A stretch of 62,947 nt of DNA, filler included, from Basidiobolus ranarum (taxonomy: Eukaryota), in the NCBI GenBank assembly GCA_040143965.1. It is 5 parts of 5 records of this genome, joined end to end, with 100 filler letters (N's around TTAATTAATTAA, not from the genome) between each part and the next. Parts side by side here need not be neighbours in the genome. Positions count along the whole stretch, not along the records: positions 1 to 12,525 come from JASJQH010000536.1; positions 12,626 to 25,146 come from JASJQH010000537.1; 3 more parts are not named here. One strand, 5' to 3'. Shown here in pieces: positions 1 to 13,387 of this stretch (the stretch's first letter is position 1; each line of letters starts with the position of its first letter). The translations under genes were made by a program, and so were the position numbers. The notes beneath the pieces are model-generated. The model saw only the letters and a list, made by a program, of their open reading frames with translations, was not told the DNA's origin and did not search any database.

Positions 1-2393
1 TCCTCCTCATAAGGCTCATTAAACCCACCAATTTCCGGGCCAAGATATCGTATACCAAATAGTTGGAAACTAAACATTCCAGGAATCGAGAATCTGAGAT
101 GGTCCCAGTTTGACCCTGTAAACCAAACGTTCCTTATTATTAATCTATTCATGAGAGGTGGATTTCTTACAGACTACTTACAGTTGTCACCGAGCCAATG
201 ATAAGCGATGGTTCCACTGCCAACAAAGGTACTTCTACTAAGCAAGAAAGGCTTGCGGTCTGGATGGTAAGATTTAAAGGCATTGACACTAGCCAACGAC
301 TCCATATGACCAAAAAGATTGTGAACATCGTATTCTTTGATGCCACCGTAGTGCTCTGCATCCATAGGAGATGTACGGGTATGAAGGGGCGCATGTGTGC
401 CAGCATTGTTAATCTTATAAGGAGGATTCAAGATTCCAAGAGGTACATCCTGATCTAACTCTGGTTGAGCGTCTTTATCGATAGGGACTTCTTCCTTCTT
501 TAAAATTTCTTGAAATCCTTCTTCTGTGTCATTGATGTTGGTTTGCTCGGAAGTACCAGCCTGTTGCACCATGGTTTCAACGTTCTGGCCTTCAGTTGGG
601 ATCATAGGACCATCATCATCTGGTAGATGTGTGCAGTCACCGTCTGCAAAATTGGCAATCTCGTTCATGTCTACCAGATCAAAATCAGTTACAAAAGAAG
701 TTATACCATGGATAGTGTGAATATCAAACTTACCAAGCCAAACACCATCTAATGGCAAGGTATCGAACCATTCATGGAGAAGCTCTGTCCAATATTTCTC
801 GGCCTCAGGGTGGAACCAATCTACATTATAGGAATGGATGAATATATTGCTCTGTAAAACGACCGAATGACAAACTATCGGGTAGAGCGTAAACTTACCT
901 GGGAATGCGGTTTTCCCTGGCCATACACGTCCGATGAAAATTTCTCCATCTGCACGCTTGATGAATATATCGCGCTCCATACCAACTTCGTAGGACTTAT
1001 TCCCTTTTTCAACTTTGATTCCAGGATCAACAATCATAGTCATTCTTTGGTTCCGTGAATGAAGATCCTTAATGAATTCATTCAGTTTTGGAGGAGGATA
1101 GCGAACGGGGTCAAACGTAAATGACTTGTATTTATCCATGTAGCTACAGCCAACAGAAATCCCGTTAGAAAACGCTTATAAAGATCGAGTAAGTAGTGAA
1201 CGATTGTTACTCAATGTCTATCCAAATGCACTCTAAAGGAATATTAGCCTTTCTGTAATCTTCAACAACCTTTTTAGCGATATCGATAGTGCTATATCCC
1301 CAACGACATTGATGAAAGCCAAGCGACCTAAAATCACCCATTGAAGTAAGTAAACACTAATATTATTTTCTACCCTTTTTACATGTAAACTCACCAATAA
1401 GGCAACATGGCAGGGCGACCAACAAGTTCCTGATATTGCTGGGTTACTTGTTGTGGGGTATCTCCCAAAAATACGTATAGATCAAGAACACCACCAATAA
1501 CCCGGTAGGTTAGTTGACTGTTGTCTTCAGATAATTTGATATCCATTCCATTACTATTAAATAAAAGCTGCGTACACGTGAGCCAAGAAAATCCCCACAT
1601 CAAGCAATTCACTAGACTCTACTAACCACACCATGCGCTTTACCATCGCGAATCTCCATGTAGAATGGGTGACTTCCATATACATTTTCATCCTCAGGGC
1701 ATGGAGCATCTAATATACTATTTAGTCTGGTGATGAGTAACGTTGTAATACGAAGTGAAAATTGTACCTCGACTCCAGAGAGTGGTCAAGCTTCCCTCCT
1801 CTCTACGGAATTTAGAAGTGGTTTCTCCTAATCCGTAAATATTTGCATTTTTGGGAAGGTGAGTAGACAACTCCAAGTACTGATCCTTAAAAACAAGACC
1901 AAGGTCACTGGTATCAAATATCTTCTCCCCAGTTTTACGCTCAACGATGAATCCGAAAGGAGAGTCGGTATAGCGAAAATTGTATTCACATGACTCTAAA
2001 CCTTGAATGTTTGGGGAAGGAACATTGTTCAAGGGAACAATTTCTTGTGGAACTTGCCAACGCTTTTCCCCGACATCAGTGATTTTGATGTGTATGCGAT
2101 TAGGTGTGTCGTAAGTCACTTTGAGCTTCAGCTGATCGATGTCTTCTCCATAGTGTGGTAAAACGGAATGTAAAAGGGATAGTCTAGCATCCAACCCATT
2201 GGGAGACTTCGCACAAATCTCGCTAAGAGAGTACTTCCCTATCTCTTTCGGTGAAAAATGGCTAAGATAGGTACATATATAAGGATGTGATCTTCGATTA
2301 GAAACAAAGAATAACCCTTCCAAAGTGAACCTGAACAACATACCTAGAGACTGAAGACAGGGCACGTCTTAAAGACTTGGTTAAAGAGGACAT
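1..2393 (-). CDS. Glycoside hydrolase family 31 alpha-glucosidase (multi-exon, 3' end runs off the contig)
   Basis: Spliced exons give [37 protein letters not shown], the nucleophile motif DGVWL|DMNE (split by an intron), [12 protein letters not shown] and the acid/base motif HWLGDN. ATG at 2393 with exon 1 2344-2393 and a GTATGT donor. Confidence 0.93.
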
Positions 2394-3693
2394 TGATGCG
2401 TACGAATGTTGGTGAGGAAAACATTTAAATCCTCATACTTTTATATAACTCTAAAAGTTAGTGATCCAATCAAGTTCACTAGCTAGCGTGGTTAAAGTCC
2501 CAATGAAAAGGGGTAACTTGTAGGAAAGTTCAGAATGGCTGTAGTGAAGAATGACCTAATCTCCAATAATTTTACCCTGATTGTGGGGGATTGGTTGATT
2601 TTGACTAGGTTTGATTAGTTTGGGAGTTATTGTGACGATTGTAATGATTAATAAAGAAGCTGCCCCTGACGTACATAGTGTCTACGTGCTCCCTTGGATA
2701 GACTAGTAGAGATTCTAGTTTCTTTGCGGACGTCGCTTCTTATCAAGAGGTGTGTTTTAGGGATACATGAGCTCACTCTTCCATAATCTCAGAAATATTA
2801 TGTACTAAAGGGACTTGATTTTACTACCCCACAGATCCGATAGATTGGATGATGTCTTTGATGGGAAAGTTAATTTACAATTGAGATTTAGATATGAATA
2901 TGATCAATGAGCTGGGTTTTTGAAGCGTAAATTACATAGGGGGCGTTCGAATCCGGTCGTTCCTGGGGGTATAAGAAAATTAGCTGCCGACTCGGATGCT
3001 CCATTAAAGCACTAACTATAAAAACCATGGTCACAAGCAATGAAGTTGTATGAACGTAACCCATATATTTACCATCACATCTGGCTGACTTTATTGCGGG
3101 GTATTTCATGGCCTGATTTAGATAGATTCCAGAGAACTCGCTATGGGACTCTGATTCATTAAACTCAAGCGAAGAATTGACCAATGGAGCAGGAAATACT
3201 AATCTGCCTATTTGTCTGGTCAGTAAGTGTATCGTCGTTTGTCTACTCGCTGGTGGAGTTACGCTTTGATTAGCATAGTGTTATCTGATCGTCACACCGC
3301 AAATGCAATTGGTTTAGAAGAGAAACCAAGGTGGCAGAGATTGCTTATCAAGTAGAAGGTACACACATCATATATATTGACGGGAAAACATCAACCTGTG
3401 AAAACAGATAGGAACATCATTAGCACTTCAAGTGCCTCTACGCGAAGCTGCATGAAGCGTCAGAGTCAAGTCACTTCGAATAGGTGAATGTGTATTATAT
3501 GCTAATATTATTAACGAGGTCACCTTTTAATTGACTAAAAATACAATAACCAGTGCTTAACAAAATAATTAAGAAACAAAATTTAAAGGACGTGGATGCG
3601 TCAAGCGTTGTGGAAGGTGCTTTCCATGAGATGTTAATAAGAATTAATTGTACAACAGCATGGAATTTCTCTAGAAGGAAAGGCCAATCAACG

Positions 3694-4836
3694 TTACGAG
3701 GATCCATAAAGGGTATCAACTTTATACATATTTCCGTGTAGCGCCGAATGAATAGTAACTGACTTGCCAAATGACCAGATCCATCGATGATCTTCTTCAA
3801 CCTTGAAAAGTTCATCTGCATATCCAACACGCTCCCATTGCGGTGAATTAGAAAGAACATGCAAGAACTCTTGCCCATGTCCGTCTGGAAAGCCTTGACA
3901 TCTCGGGTGGTTTCCATCACTATATGTCTGATTATAGGCGTATTCAAGACAATGCGCAAACTGTACATCTTCCGGCCCTTGAAATGCAGCATTGCTCAAA
4001 CAATAGGGGATGTAGGGTCCAACGATGCTCAATGTCTTACGATTCATAACATAGCCTGGAGTAGCAACAATTAGTGACGATGTATTGGTGTAAACTGTAT
4101 ATATATATCGAATATTACCAGGCCCACCCCAACAAGACACTCCATCTCTACCAGTTCTTCCAAACAATAAAGGCTCGTTGTGGTCGAGTTGTGGGTTGTT
4201 CAGATGTTTCATCAATCGATGCAATTTCACATATGTATCATCATCTACCTAGAAATATCATCAGTAACAAAGTACACAACTCAAAGCCATGCGAGTAGAA
4301 AAGAACTCACCTTCATAAACCATTCAAAATCATTTAAATAGTGTTGGTATACGTAATAGAAGGCTTTAAAGGTCTTCTTGTATAGAGTACTATACTCCGT
4401 ATCTTCTACCGGGACATTTTTAAGGCCATACTCTGAGGTATCTTCATCAGTTATGAATCTCACTTCCACTTGGGAATCCGAGTTTCGTCTATCCTTTATT
4501 GCTTTCGCTTTTAAGCCCCAAGTATCTCCAACGGCTCTTGCGCGCACGTCAAGATACTCCTTGGACGTGAGAACAAGACTCAACAATGTTCTCGATTCGC
4601 CCCTTTGATTAGAGAAAAAATAAACTTTCAATAGACATTCTTTGAAGGAGAGAATAGTACGTTGTCAAGAATACTACTTACCTTTGATGACCTTCCACTT
4701 CTATTATTTTTTTGAAATCCACTCGCTGAGTCGAAAGTTGAATTAAAGTAAATATAAACAGCAGTAGTACGGATAAAGTAGTGCATATGAAAAGAAAACT
4801 TTTGGCACTAAATACACGCTTTAAGCTGTTTACCAT
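3694..4836 (-). CDS. GT31-family beta-1,3-galactosyltransferase (C1GALT1/Fringe-like), type II membrane protein
   Basis: N-terminal TM helix (FLFICTTLSVLLLFIFTLI), AVGDTWG, WFMK|VDDDTY (DxD), CWGGPG|YVM and EDVQFAHCL across four or more exons. Confidence 0.88.
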
Positions 4837-6460
4837 AGCGAAGAAGCCAATACTGCACAATTCTTGACAAGGTAGGAGGCAAGGTGACAAAGTGGCAGTT
4901 TGAAAATATTTACAAAATAAAGCACTCTTTGTATTTCATTTGAGTACAATGAACTGTTTATAAATGTCAACGGCCCCCTATATCTTTGTTCATTCATTAC
5001 TTCAGTAAAATCGCTTATCAAGCAAGTAATTAGTCGTTTGCATTGAGGACTGAGGGTCTTGCCACAATCCACCTGTACCATGAATCTATTATGGAAGTTG
5101 GGTATTTATTTAGCAAATGATAAGCTCATTTAGACTATTAAAATCGATGTATGTAGGAACGCTCTCATCAATAGAACGGTGGTTTCATTCCAACCATAAG
5201 AGAATGGCACACGCAGATCATCCCGATTGCTAGACGCAGATTTATTCATTGCAACTATTGAATCTTTTGACCTGGGATGGATTTCGCTTGTACCTGCTCA
5301 ACGGCATTAGCCCACTAAGATGTCAGTCTGCGTATAAAAAGCAAGCGTACTGAAACACTTTCAGGGAGAAATCAAATCATTAGGGAACCAAGCATAGAAA
5401 CGAAGAATTCTTAAGATCAGTCACTGCAGCGGCTTAGGTAATTCAGTTGTTCCTCTAAATTAAGCAAGTAGTATATTGGTAGGTGATTGTACACGCCAGC
5501 TTACTTTTATGAACCATCAAATAGCAGGATGTAGCAGAATATGATCGACGCAATACAATAGCCTTGATTGCATACTCAGGGAATAATCAATGTGTGCGTT
5601 GAAAGATAACTTGCTTTTCAGCCACAATCGATATTAACCCATATTGAAGAGGATCACGTTTCATGGAACTCTAGTCTATACCTGCAACTAGAAATAAGGA
5701 GGATTACCGGCAGTCGCTAAGATCCACCATCCATCTGAATTCATCGCAGACTCTAGAAGGTTTGCAAGTAGAGATCTGTACCCTCATCTCATGATTTCGA
5801 AGATTTACTTGTGTTCATTTATTACTGAAGGCAACTACGATTGATAAATCTTCTGCGATCCTGATTAGCCCGACTTGATACCAATAGTGCACTGTATGCC
5901 GAACATAATCCACTTCGCAACTCCTATTTCAATCTATATTTGTACGACAGCAGCTCTACTTCCTCTGTTACAGCTCGACATGACGTTCATTCCCGTATCT
6001 ACTCCAAGCGCTAAAACAAATGAAACCCCGCATGATACGTACTCTAGGCATCTTCAAAGTGGCCAAGGAGCCGAACGCTGCCTAGATAAATCCATATGGC
6101 GAAAGGGAACTTGGCATTTCCAAAAGCATTTGAAAACCACCACTCCATGGAGTACTTGCAAACATATGCGAACAATCTTCTATAACCACTAGGTACTTCT
6201 GCGATACAATCGCTGGATCGGATCGGGCTAGTTCCTCAAATGACAATGAGGTAGGTTACAATTGTACTCTTCATCCATACAGACATTATGAGGAAGTCTT
6301 CACAAAGCAAAGCTTCCGTATAATCTGCACAACATCTCAGAGACTGATATTATTTCCAGTATGAGCGGAAAGCTATTTGTTTGCAGCACTATAAAACCAC
6401 CTAGGCCAGTACTATTTCCCAGTGCTTAAGTTGGATCCAATAACCTTCCAAATTTAAAAT

Positions 6461-7812
6461 ATGGCCTATAAACTTTTAACTTGTCCCGTTCTAGCTACCA
6501 TGTGCCTAACTTTGGTTAATTCCCAAGATGACGGTGCCGGTTTCATCTTCAAGTGCGATCGAGCTGGAGACTTTGCTTTAACCTTCGACGATGGTAATGT
6601 TCACTTGAATTCACTTTACCTTGCATCATTTACTAATCACTGAGTTACCACTTGTGAAACATAGGCCCAGGCGAATCCACTGAAGACTTACTTAGGATAC
6701 TAAAGGAAAAACGTGTGAAGGCAACCCTTTTTGTATTAGGCAGCCAGGTTGCTGACGATAACATCGCTCCCTTTCTGAAGCAGGCGTATGATGATGGCCA
6801 TCAGATTGCATCCCACACTTATGATCATACGGATCTGAATAAGCTCAGTACTGATAAGGTCAGGCAGCAGATGCTCAACACCGAAGCTGAAATTAAAAAG
6901 GTTATTGGCGTTGTGCCAGCTATGATGAGACCACCTTACGGAAACTGTAGTGACAGCTGCAATAAAGTGATGAGAGAATTGGGCTACGCTGTAATCCAGT
7001 GGAATTTTGATTCGGATGACTCGACGTACATTTCCAAACCTAAATAGCAAGACGAACTTATCGATAACATATTGAGCAAAATCTACCGGTCCAACCCTAG
7101 TAAGGACAGTTGGATATCGCTCCAACATGATATCCATCAATTCAGTGTCAGTAGAACTCCAAAGATCATTGACCGCATTAAGGCTAAAGGATATAACTTT
7201 GTCACTGTAACTGAATGTCTCAGTAATAGACTTCCAGCCTATAGGAATCGATTAAATTTGCCAGCCCCTCCCTCTAGTCTAGGTACCTCACGTCTTTCTA
7301 ATTCTAAGCCAATAGCCGGTGTTACACCTCCCAGTTTGCCCCCTTATAATGTAGATCGACCTTCCGACTCCAGCCAAGTCAATCCATTTGATACTCCCCC
7401 TGCTGAGTCTTTTGGATCTAGCTTAAACCCTCCCTCTAACCCTAAACCACTTAACTCTTCTCCAGTTAATCGCCCTGGCTCAGGTTCTGGCTCAGGCTCT
7501 ACTCTAACCAAACCTTCCAGTTCTATAGCGTACAGCACTGGTTCTGCCACAGCATCCAATACCATCGCAACTTCATCACTAACCTCAGTCTCTGTACCAA
7601 ATAACCATATCTCGTCTGGTACTTTACCCCACATTTCCCGAACATCAATTACCACACCATCTTCACAATTTAATGCTTCAAAGTCCTCCACAGCATCTTC
7701 CCCCCTCTATCCACTCCCCACCGCCCAAATTGAGAGCAACACCATTACTACTACCCCCGTAATTTTAGTCACTTCCTTAATAGCCTTTTTAGGACTCTGT
7801 GTTAGAATTTAG
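6461..7812 (+). CDS. Chitin/polysaccharide deacetylase (CE4, NodB domain) with signal peptide, Ser/Thr/Pro stalk and GPI-like tail; interrupted by in-frame TAG at 7045-7047
   Basis: Intron 6594-6664 joins TFDDG|P. Also HTYDH, RPPYG, WNFDSDD and LQHD. ORFs 6715-7047 and 7072-7812 share one frame with a single TAG between them. Hydrophobic C-terminus VILVTSLIAFLGLCVRI. Confidence 0.88.
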
Positions 7813-8777
7813 AGCTACATATAATTGTATTCATAAGTACACCCCTAGAGTAATCATTCCATTGACGGTAGCTTTCCATCAACTGACATTATACATACGA
7901 AAGATCTCTGGCTGTCACCTGGATTTCTATAATAAACTCAAGCAGGTATTCACCTGGTAAACCTGATGTATCCTTATTTTATACACGCGCTGGTGTAGAG
8001 TGGTGGATTAGGATAAACAAGCAATATCACATTCCAACTTTAATGGGATTCGATTCAAAGCACACGGATCTAAAGGATTTGCAATGTCAAACCCGTTAAG
8101 CTCATGACACCATCACTTCGTATGTCCATGTGGAAAGCTATAATGCTAAGAGTAAATAACAAGTTGCCTTGAATTGTCGTTTCCAGTCCATCAGGGTTGT
8201 GACATTCTAAGAATTCCCTTATTCTTGATTCCTTTGAACAATATCTGAAAAAAGCTGAGATAACTTACGCTTGCTTTCTATTAAGATTTGCTCTGCTATA
8301 CAACCTGAAGAATTAGTTATTAATTGGGACAGTTAAAGGTTTAATGAAAAGTGGGTTATTGGCTTGTACACTTGTAGATGTATAGTAACTGATGTAATTG
8401 TTGCTAAAATACATAATTATATCTCAATTCTGATATCTTCAAAGTTGGATATTGCTCTATCTTCATTGTAACAGTATAAAGCACGTCTATTGTTTACTGC
8501 TCCTCTGCATCCTTGAGAGAGCATTTCTATAGCTTAGGTTCAATAGACTCATAGGAGTAAGGTTTTATGACTGGTGGTCAAGGGCTCTTCTGTAATCTTG
8601 CTTGAAATATTAATCCTAAACCTTACCATATTCCCTGTTGCATATGCATTTTCACTAATCATATCCTTCACATTTCATCATAGCAAACTGATAAAGTAGG
8701 AATTAGCATATTGTCTTTCCAAGTGTATTTCTATCAATATATTTTCTGAATTTCTTATGATTACCACTGATAGTTGC

Positions 8778-10789
8778 TGTTGAAATTAACGTAGCCTAAA
8801 TATCTATATAGTCACATATAGCTTAGTATTTAGTTATTCTTTATCTCACTAAGATATCACTCACTACTCTCATGAGGAATTTACTTGGAATATCTTTACC
8901 AACTTAGAATACATCGAGTACAAAGTTGACATTTATAGTTTTGTCAAGCAGTAAACAAATAAATGTATAGGGTGTGTTAAGGGAGGTCCCAGAAACTTGT
9001 GTGAAAATTTTGAACCCTCTAGCACGAGTCTGAAATCTCTATATCTGAGAACTTCTAAGTAAATTCCTCATGAGAATAGTGAGTGATATCTTAGTTCAAT
9101 ATAGGATAACTCAATACTAAGCTATTTATGACTATATAGGCGCTTAGACAATGCGAATTCCAACAGATAATACTTCAATAGGTAATATCTCAAAGAGCAT
9201 TGTAATCATATTAACATTCTGTGACTGATATTTAAACTGTGATTAGGCTGTATGCCACATATACAATTGATTCATGTGGTGGATGTGGATGTGGAAATAC
9301 CAGTAGAAAAATATATTTAAAAAAAGAGAATTAGCTCACTTTTATAGAGTCGGCATCCAGAGTGAGAGTCCTGAGGATATTTGGTATCAGTACCTGAAGA
9401 AAAAATCCAATACTATGGACGATCCAGAATATATTTAGTGATTCTATCAAGAACATTTTATTGACGCATGAGCTAGTATATATTGAAGCAGATGTAGCTT
9501 AAGCATCAATTTAGTTGTGCAGCTAGCTACCTAAATTTCATTTTGTTTTCATTCAATATCTTTAATCGGAATTTACTTCAAATACTTGTTCTAACTTGGA
9601 AATACTCAGATTTTAGAATTGTCACAAACTTGTCCCTGAGACTCCAGATTTTGTGCACATGCTACTGGAACTTTTCTGAGCATATTCTAGATGTTTATCT
9701 GCCTACTTCATGACAAAAGTATAAATGTCAACTTATATTCAAATATATCATTTAGTGAAATTGATCAATTCTACTAGCACTCCCAATCACTTCCAATAAC
9801 TCCCAAGATACTTCAACAGTATATTCAAGTTGCTAAAGTATTTGGGAGCCTGTTGGAAGTGGTTTGGAGAGTTAGAGGAATTGGTGGTTTTCACTTGTTG
9901 ATTTATTTTGTTGAAAGTTGACTTTGATGATTTTGTCAAGATGTAAGCAAACCAGTGTGCAGAATGTGTTGAGGAAGATCCCAGGAACATATGTGCCAAG
10001 TTTGGGGCTTCTAGCACAAGTTTGAAAGATCTATATATCTGAGAACTTCCAAGTAAATTACTCATGAGAATAATGGATAATATCTTAGTGAATTATAAGA
10101 TAACTAAGTACTAAGCTATATACAACTATATAGGTGCTTAGGCAATGCTAATTTCAACATCCACAATCTTCAAATTCTCAAAATACAATACTTACTCATT
10201 GCATATAACCTGAGGCAATTTAGAGGGCTAAAAACTATATATTGGCAAAAAGTTAACTCACAGACAGTCTGAATACAGGTGACAGTGCTATCACATGCAC
10301 AAACAGAATGAACTTCATTCACTTGAAAACTATTGATTGGCCTTGCATAAAACGGGTGCCAAATACAAAGCAGCCAATGCAGAGATTAAGTCATCTGAAA
10401 ATGATCATTAAAATATGAATCAGTTATGAGTTATAATGTAGGTACCCAGATGATGTTGGAATTAGCATTGCATTGCCTAAGCACCTATATAGTCATACAT
10501 AGCTTGGTATTTAGCTATCCTATATTAAACTAAGATATTACCCATTATTTGATATCGGAGTTTACTTAGAAGTTCTCAGATATATAGATTTTTTCAAACC
10601 AGTGCTAGAAGCCTCAAACTTTGCACACATGTTCCTAGGACCGTCCTTAACACATTCTACATGTTGGTCTGCTTACCACTTGACAAAACTATAAATGTCA
10701 ACTTTCTACTCAATAAATCAACAAGTGAAAACTACCAATTTCTCTATTTCTCCACACCACTTCCAACAGGCTCCCAAAACACTTTAATA
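8778..10789. mobile_element. Cluster of five solo/partial copia-type LTRs (~330-350 bp family)
   Basis: Copies: 8778-~8890 (+, 5' part), 8916-9165 (-, partial), ~9490-9818 (+, diverged), 9831-10159 (-, full), 10454-10789 (+, full, flanked by GATGA/GATAA). Termini TGTTG...CA. Same sequence as the LTR next to the copia PPT at 35437-35784. Confidence 0.85.
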
Positions 10790-12525
10790 GATAAATAGTG
10801 TTAATGCTTTCGAGTATTAATTTGGAAAAGAAATAATTCTCATGCTATTTTTCTGCAGATTTGACACGAGCATATAACTACTCAGTACCAGTACTCCTCC
10901 CCGTGTTCTTAGGTCTCCTCAATCTTTGTTGCCATCCTAATCTGTATTGGCTTCTAATCCAGTAAGTAAAGAACTTATTCCAGCCTCCGTATCCATACCG
11001 GATATATTGGGAGAGAAGAGAAATATCAATTGGAATGTATTACAAGGATCTTCAGAAAAACACTTGGGAATGTTTGAAAAGGTTTCCAACAAGTATACTA
11101 ACACTTCGACTTTTCTTGTCATTTGCTGGATATTTTCCAAATATATCTTCCTATTGTAATATTCATCTGACAAAGTCAGAAAATATGCAATAAATATAAT
11201 AAACATAGCATATGAACGTTAGGTGCTCAATACATCAGCAGATACAGTCCAGTTATTAAGACATCTAATAACGTGATGAAAGAAGAAACAGTCTCCAGAT
11301 AGAATCCTTCCATCGACTGAGCAGTTCAGAACATCTATACAATCTCATTCTAGCAAATTTTCAAAAGTTCTGACAATTTAGTGGGTTTTCATTGCAATAA
11401 ATAGTAATTAACGTTTTTTTGTGGTTGACTTGAATCAATAATCCACTCTGAATTAACAGCGTCGATCAACTTGTTATGCCCCTTGAATTACTACTAATTC
11501 ACCAACTCCGTTCCATTCTTGAGATTTTAGTCTTGTTGATCCTTTTGAATTTATATTAATTAACGTTCCTACCCCAATTTATTCTTTTGGTTCCGAGCTA
11601 AGCACATCTCCACCACATACCAATTATTGTTAAACATGTCGCTTTCGTACCTTAATTCAAAGCCCTCTGCAACTGTGATTACCACCACCCCCTTGTCCCT
11701 TGAACGTTAGCTACAGTCACCATCAAACATGTAACATCCCAGCATTGAATAATTCTATTGACATGATCCCAATGAACTTCAGGTCTTAGATTAGAAACAA
11801 GTGATTTGACGTGCTTTTACAGGGCTCAAGTGAATCCAATACGTCATTTGATCGCAACATTGATTACAATAGTCTATATGTCGACCTATCAGCTAAGTAG
11901 GCTCATCAAGCCCACCCTGAAATGGAAAGAATACATGTCCAATGCAAGAAGTATACTATTGTTGTATTTCATCTATCCATCTTAGACGTATACAAGCAAG
12001 CGCAGAAACACTAAAAGCAATATCAAAAGGCATCATGAACATACTCAAAGGGGTCCGTTTGCCAAACTAAAATGACAGCCCTTAGCCATGGCCTAAATTG
12101 AAAAAGCCCAATTGGGTCAAGGAAATGAGGAGGGATGAATTGGAAGCCAATCTATCTAGGCGAACATATTGAATGAGAATATTGAATACTGACAATATGC
12201 ATGATGATCACTCTGGTAGGAAGTGTGCATACCTCAGGAGCTTTGGCATTGGATTTAGAGTGATAAGCTCACATCACTGTTTATCTTGAGCTAGATTGAT
12301 TATCAAACCGCTGAGCCAGCCAGCGATGCGGTGGTTACCCTCCAAGGCTTACCTCCTCATCATAATTCTGATTCGTGTAGATTTTGGCGAGACTTATTCG
12401 CCTCTCCCCCCGCTCATTGTCTCACCTCTAGTTTCAGCAACATACCCTACACCAGCGTGGTTTACATCAATTGCAATAATTCTTGCGAATTTCTTTTCTT
12501 CGGCGTATTGATTGAGTTTCTGCAT

Positions 12526-12625
12526 NNNNNNNNNNNNNNNNNNNNNNNNNNNNNNNNNNNNNNNNNNNNTTAATTAATTAANNNNNNNNNNNNNNNNNNN
12601 NNNNNNNNNNNNNNNNNNNNNNNNN
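12526..12625. other. Artificial contig linker (N44-TTAATTAATTAA-N44)
   Basis: 100-nt spacer carrying stop codons in all six frames; identical to the other three. Confidence 0.97.
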
Positions 12626-13030
12626 AATTGAATTGAATTGAATTCACACTCTATTCTACTTGAATCAATTGTGTGAATTTACGTATTCTATATATACACA
12701 AATATTTATACTACATCTGGCTCGATCAGCCACTCAATAAATCACACAGTATACACTCGTTATACATATATAGGTTGTGGTCTGTACCTGTTCTGAATGC
12801 TCTTAAGGCTAAATTCAAGGTTCTTAGTGGAGGCTGTTCATTAATAATACCTTACTTGACTGAAACATCAGTTACATCATTAACCATACGAACATATCAT
12901 CCAAGCGATGCTACAAGAGCCTAGATCGAGTCTAGAATCAAGGCTAACCTGGACTTCTTTAGATACATCTTTGAGTTGGTATTTAAGAACTCGCCTCGTT
13001 AATGACTACTCATTCTAATTCCATTCTAAC

Positions 13031-13387
13031 ATGTCTTCCAAACGTATGCTTTTGACCCTGTTCGGCTCCAAGGGGTGTGATCTTTGTCATGAAGCCAAAA
13101 ATACCTTATTAAAAGTCCGGAAAATCGTAAGTTTCACCTCCCGTTTCCTTCATTTACCCTTACCCCTTACCCTTACGCCTTAATGAACTCACATATGATT
13201 ATACTTTAATGTTTAGTATCCGTTCGAATTTAAGGAGATCGATATACAACAACCGGAAAATCGAAAGAAATGGGAGAAATATACCTTTGATATCCCAGTG
13301 TTACACTTAAATGGAGAAGAGATTATGATGCATTCAGTGGATGAAACGAAATTAACTGATACACTGAAAAAGAAACTCGCTGAATAA
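13031..13387 (+). CDS. Small glutaredoxin-like protein (DUF836 / C5orf63 / YDR286C family); not in the ORF track
   Basis: Exon 1 13031-13126 MSSKRMLLTLFGSKGCDLCHEAKNTLLKVRKI (CxxC), intron GTAAGT...TTTAG, exon 2 13217-13387 YPFEFKEIDI...WEKYTFDIPVLHLNG...KKKLAE*. Confidence 0.88.

Noticed and set aside
2940-2965. GTTCGAATCC T-loop-like motif
   Set aside because: The flanks do not form a T-stem and there is no upstream D-arm.
7045-7047. Genome-wide TAG reassignment
   Set aside because: TAG terminates several apparently complete genes here (7812, 28721, 39624, 48444), and no other gene shows an internal TAG.
7987-8070. tRNA-like A-box/B-box resemblance (TGGTGTAGAGTGG...GGATTCGATTC)
   Set aside because: No consistent acceptor, anticodon or T-arm pairing could be built.
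8778-9165. MITE with 110-bp TIRs
   Set aside because: Both arms are 5' portions of the copia LTR family in opposite orientation.
10937-11206. GMDTEAG as a RuvC-I motif of a second Fanzor piece
   Set aside because: Does not match the DPG/DxG pattern and has no other supporting motifs.
12570-12581. Recurring TTAATTAATTAA at ~12.6-kb spacing as a biological repeat
   Set aside because: Always embedded in exactly 44+44 Ns; it is an assembly linker.
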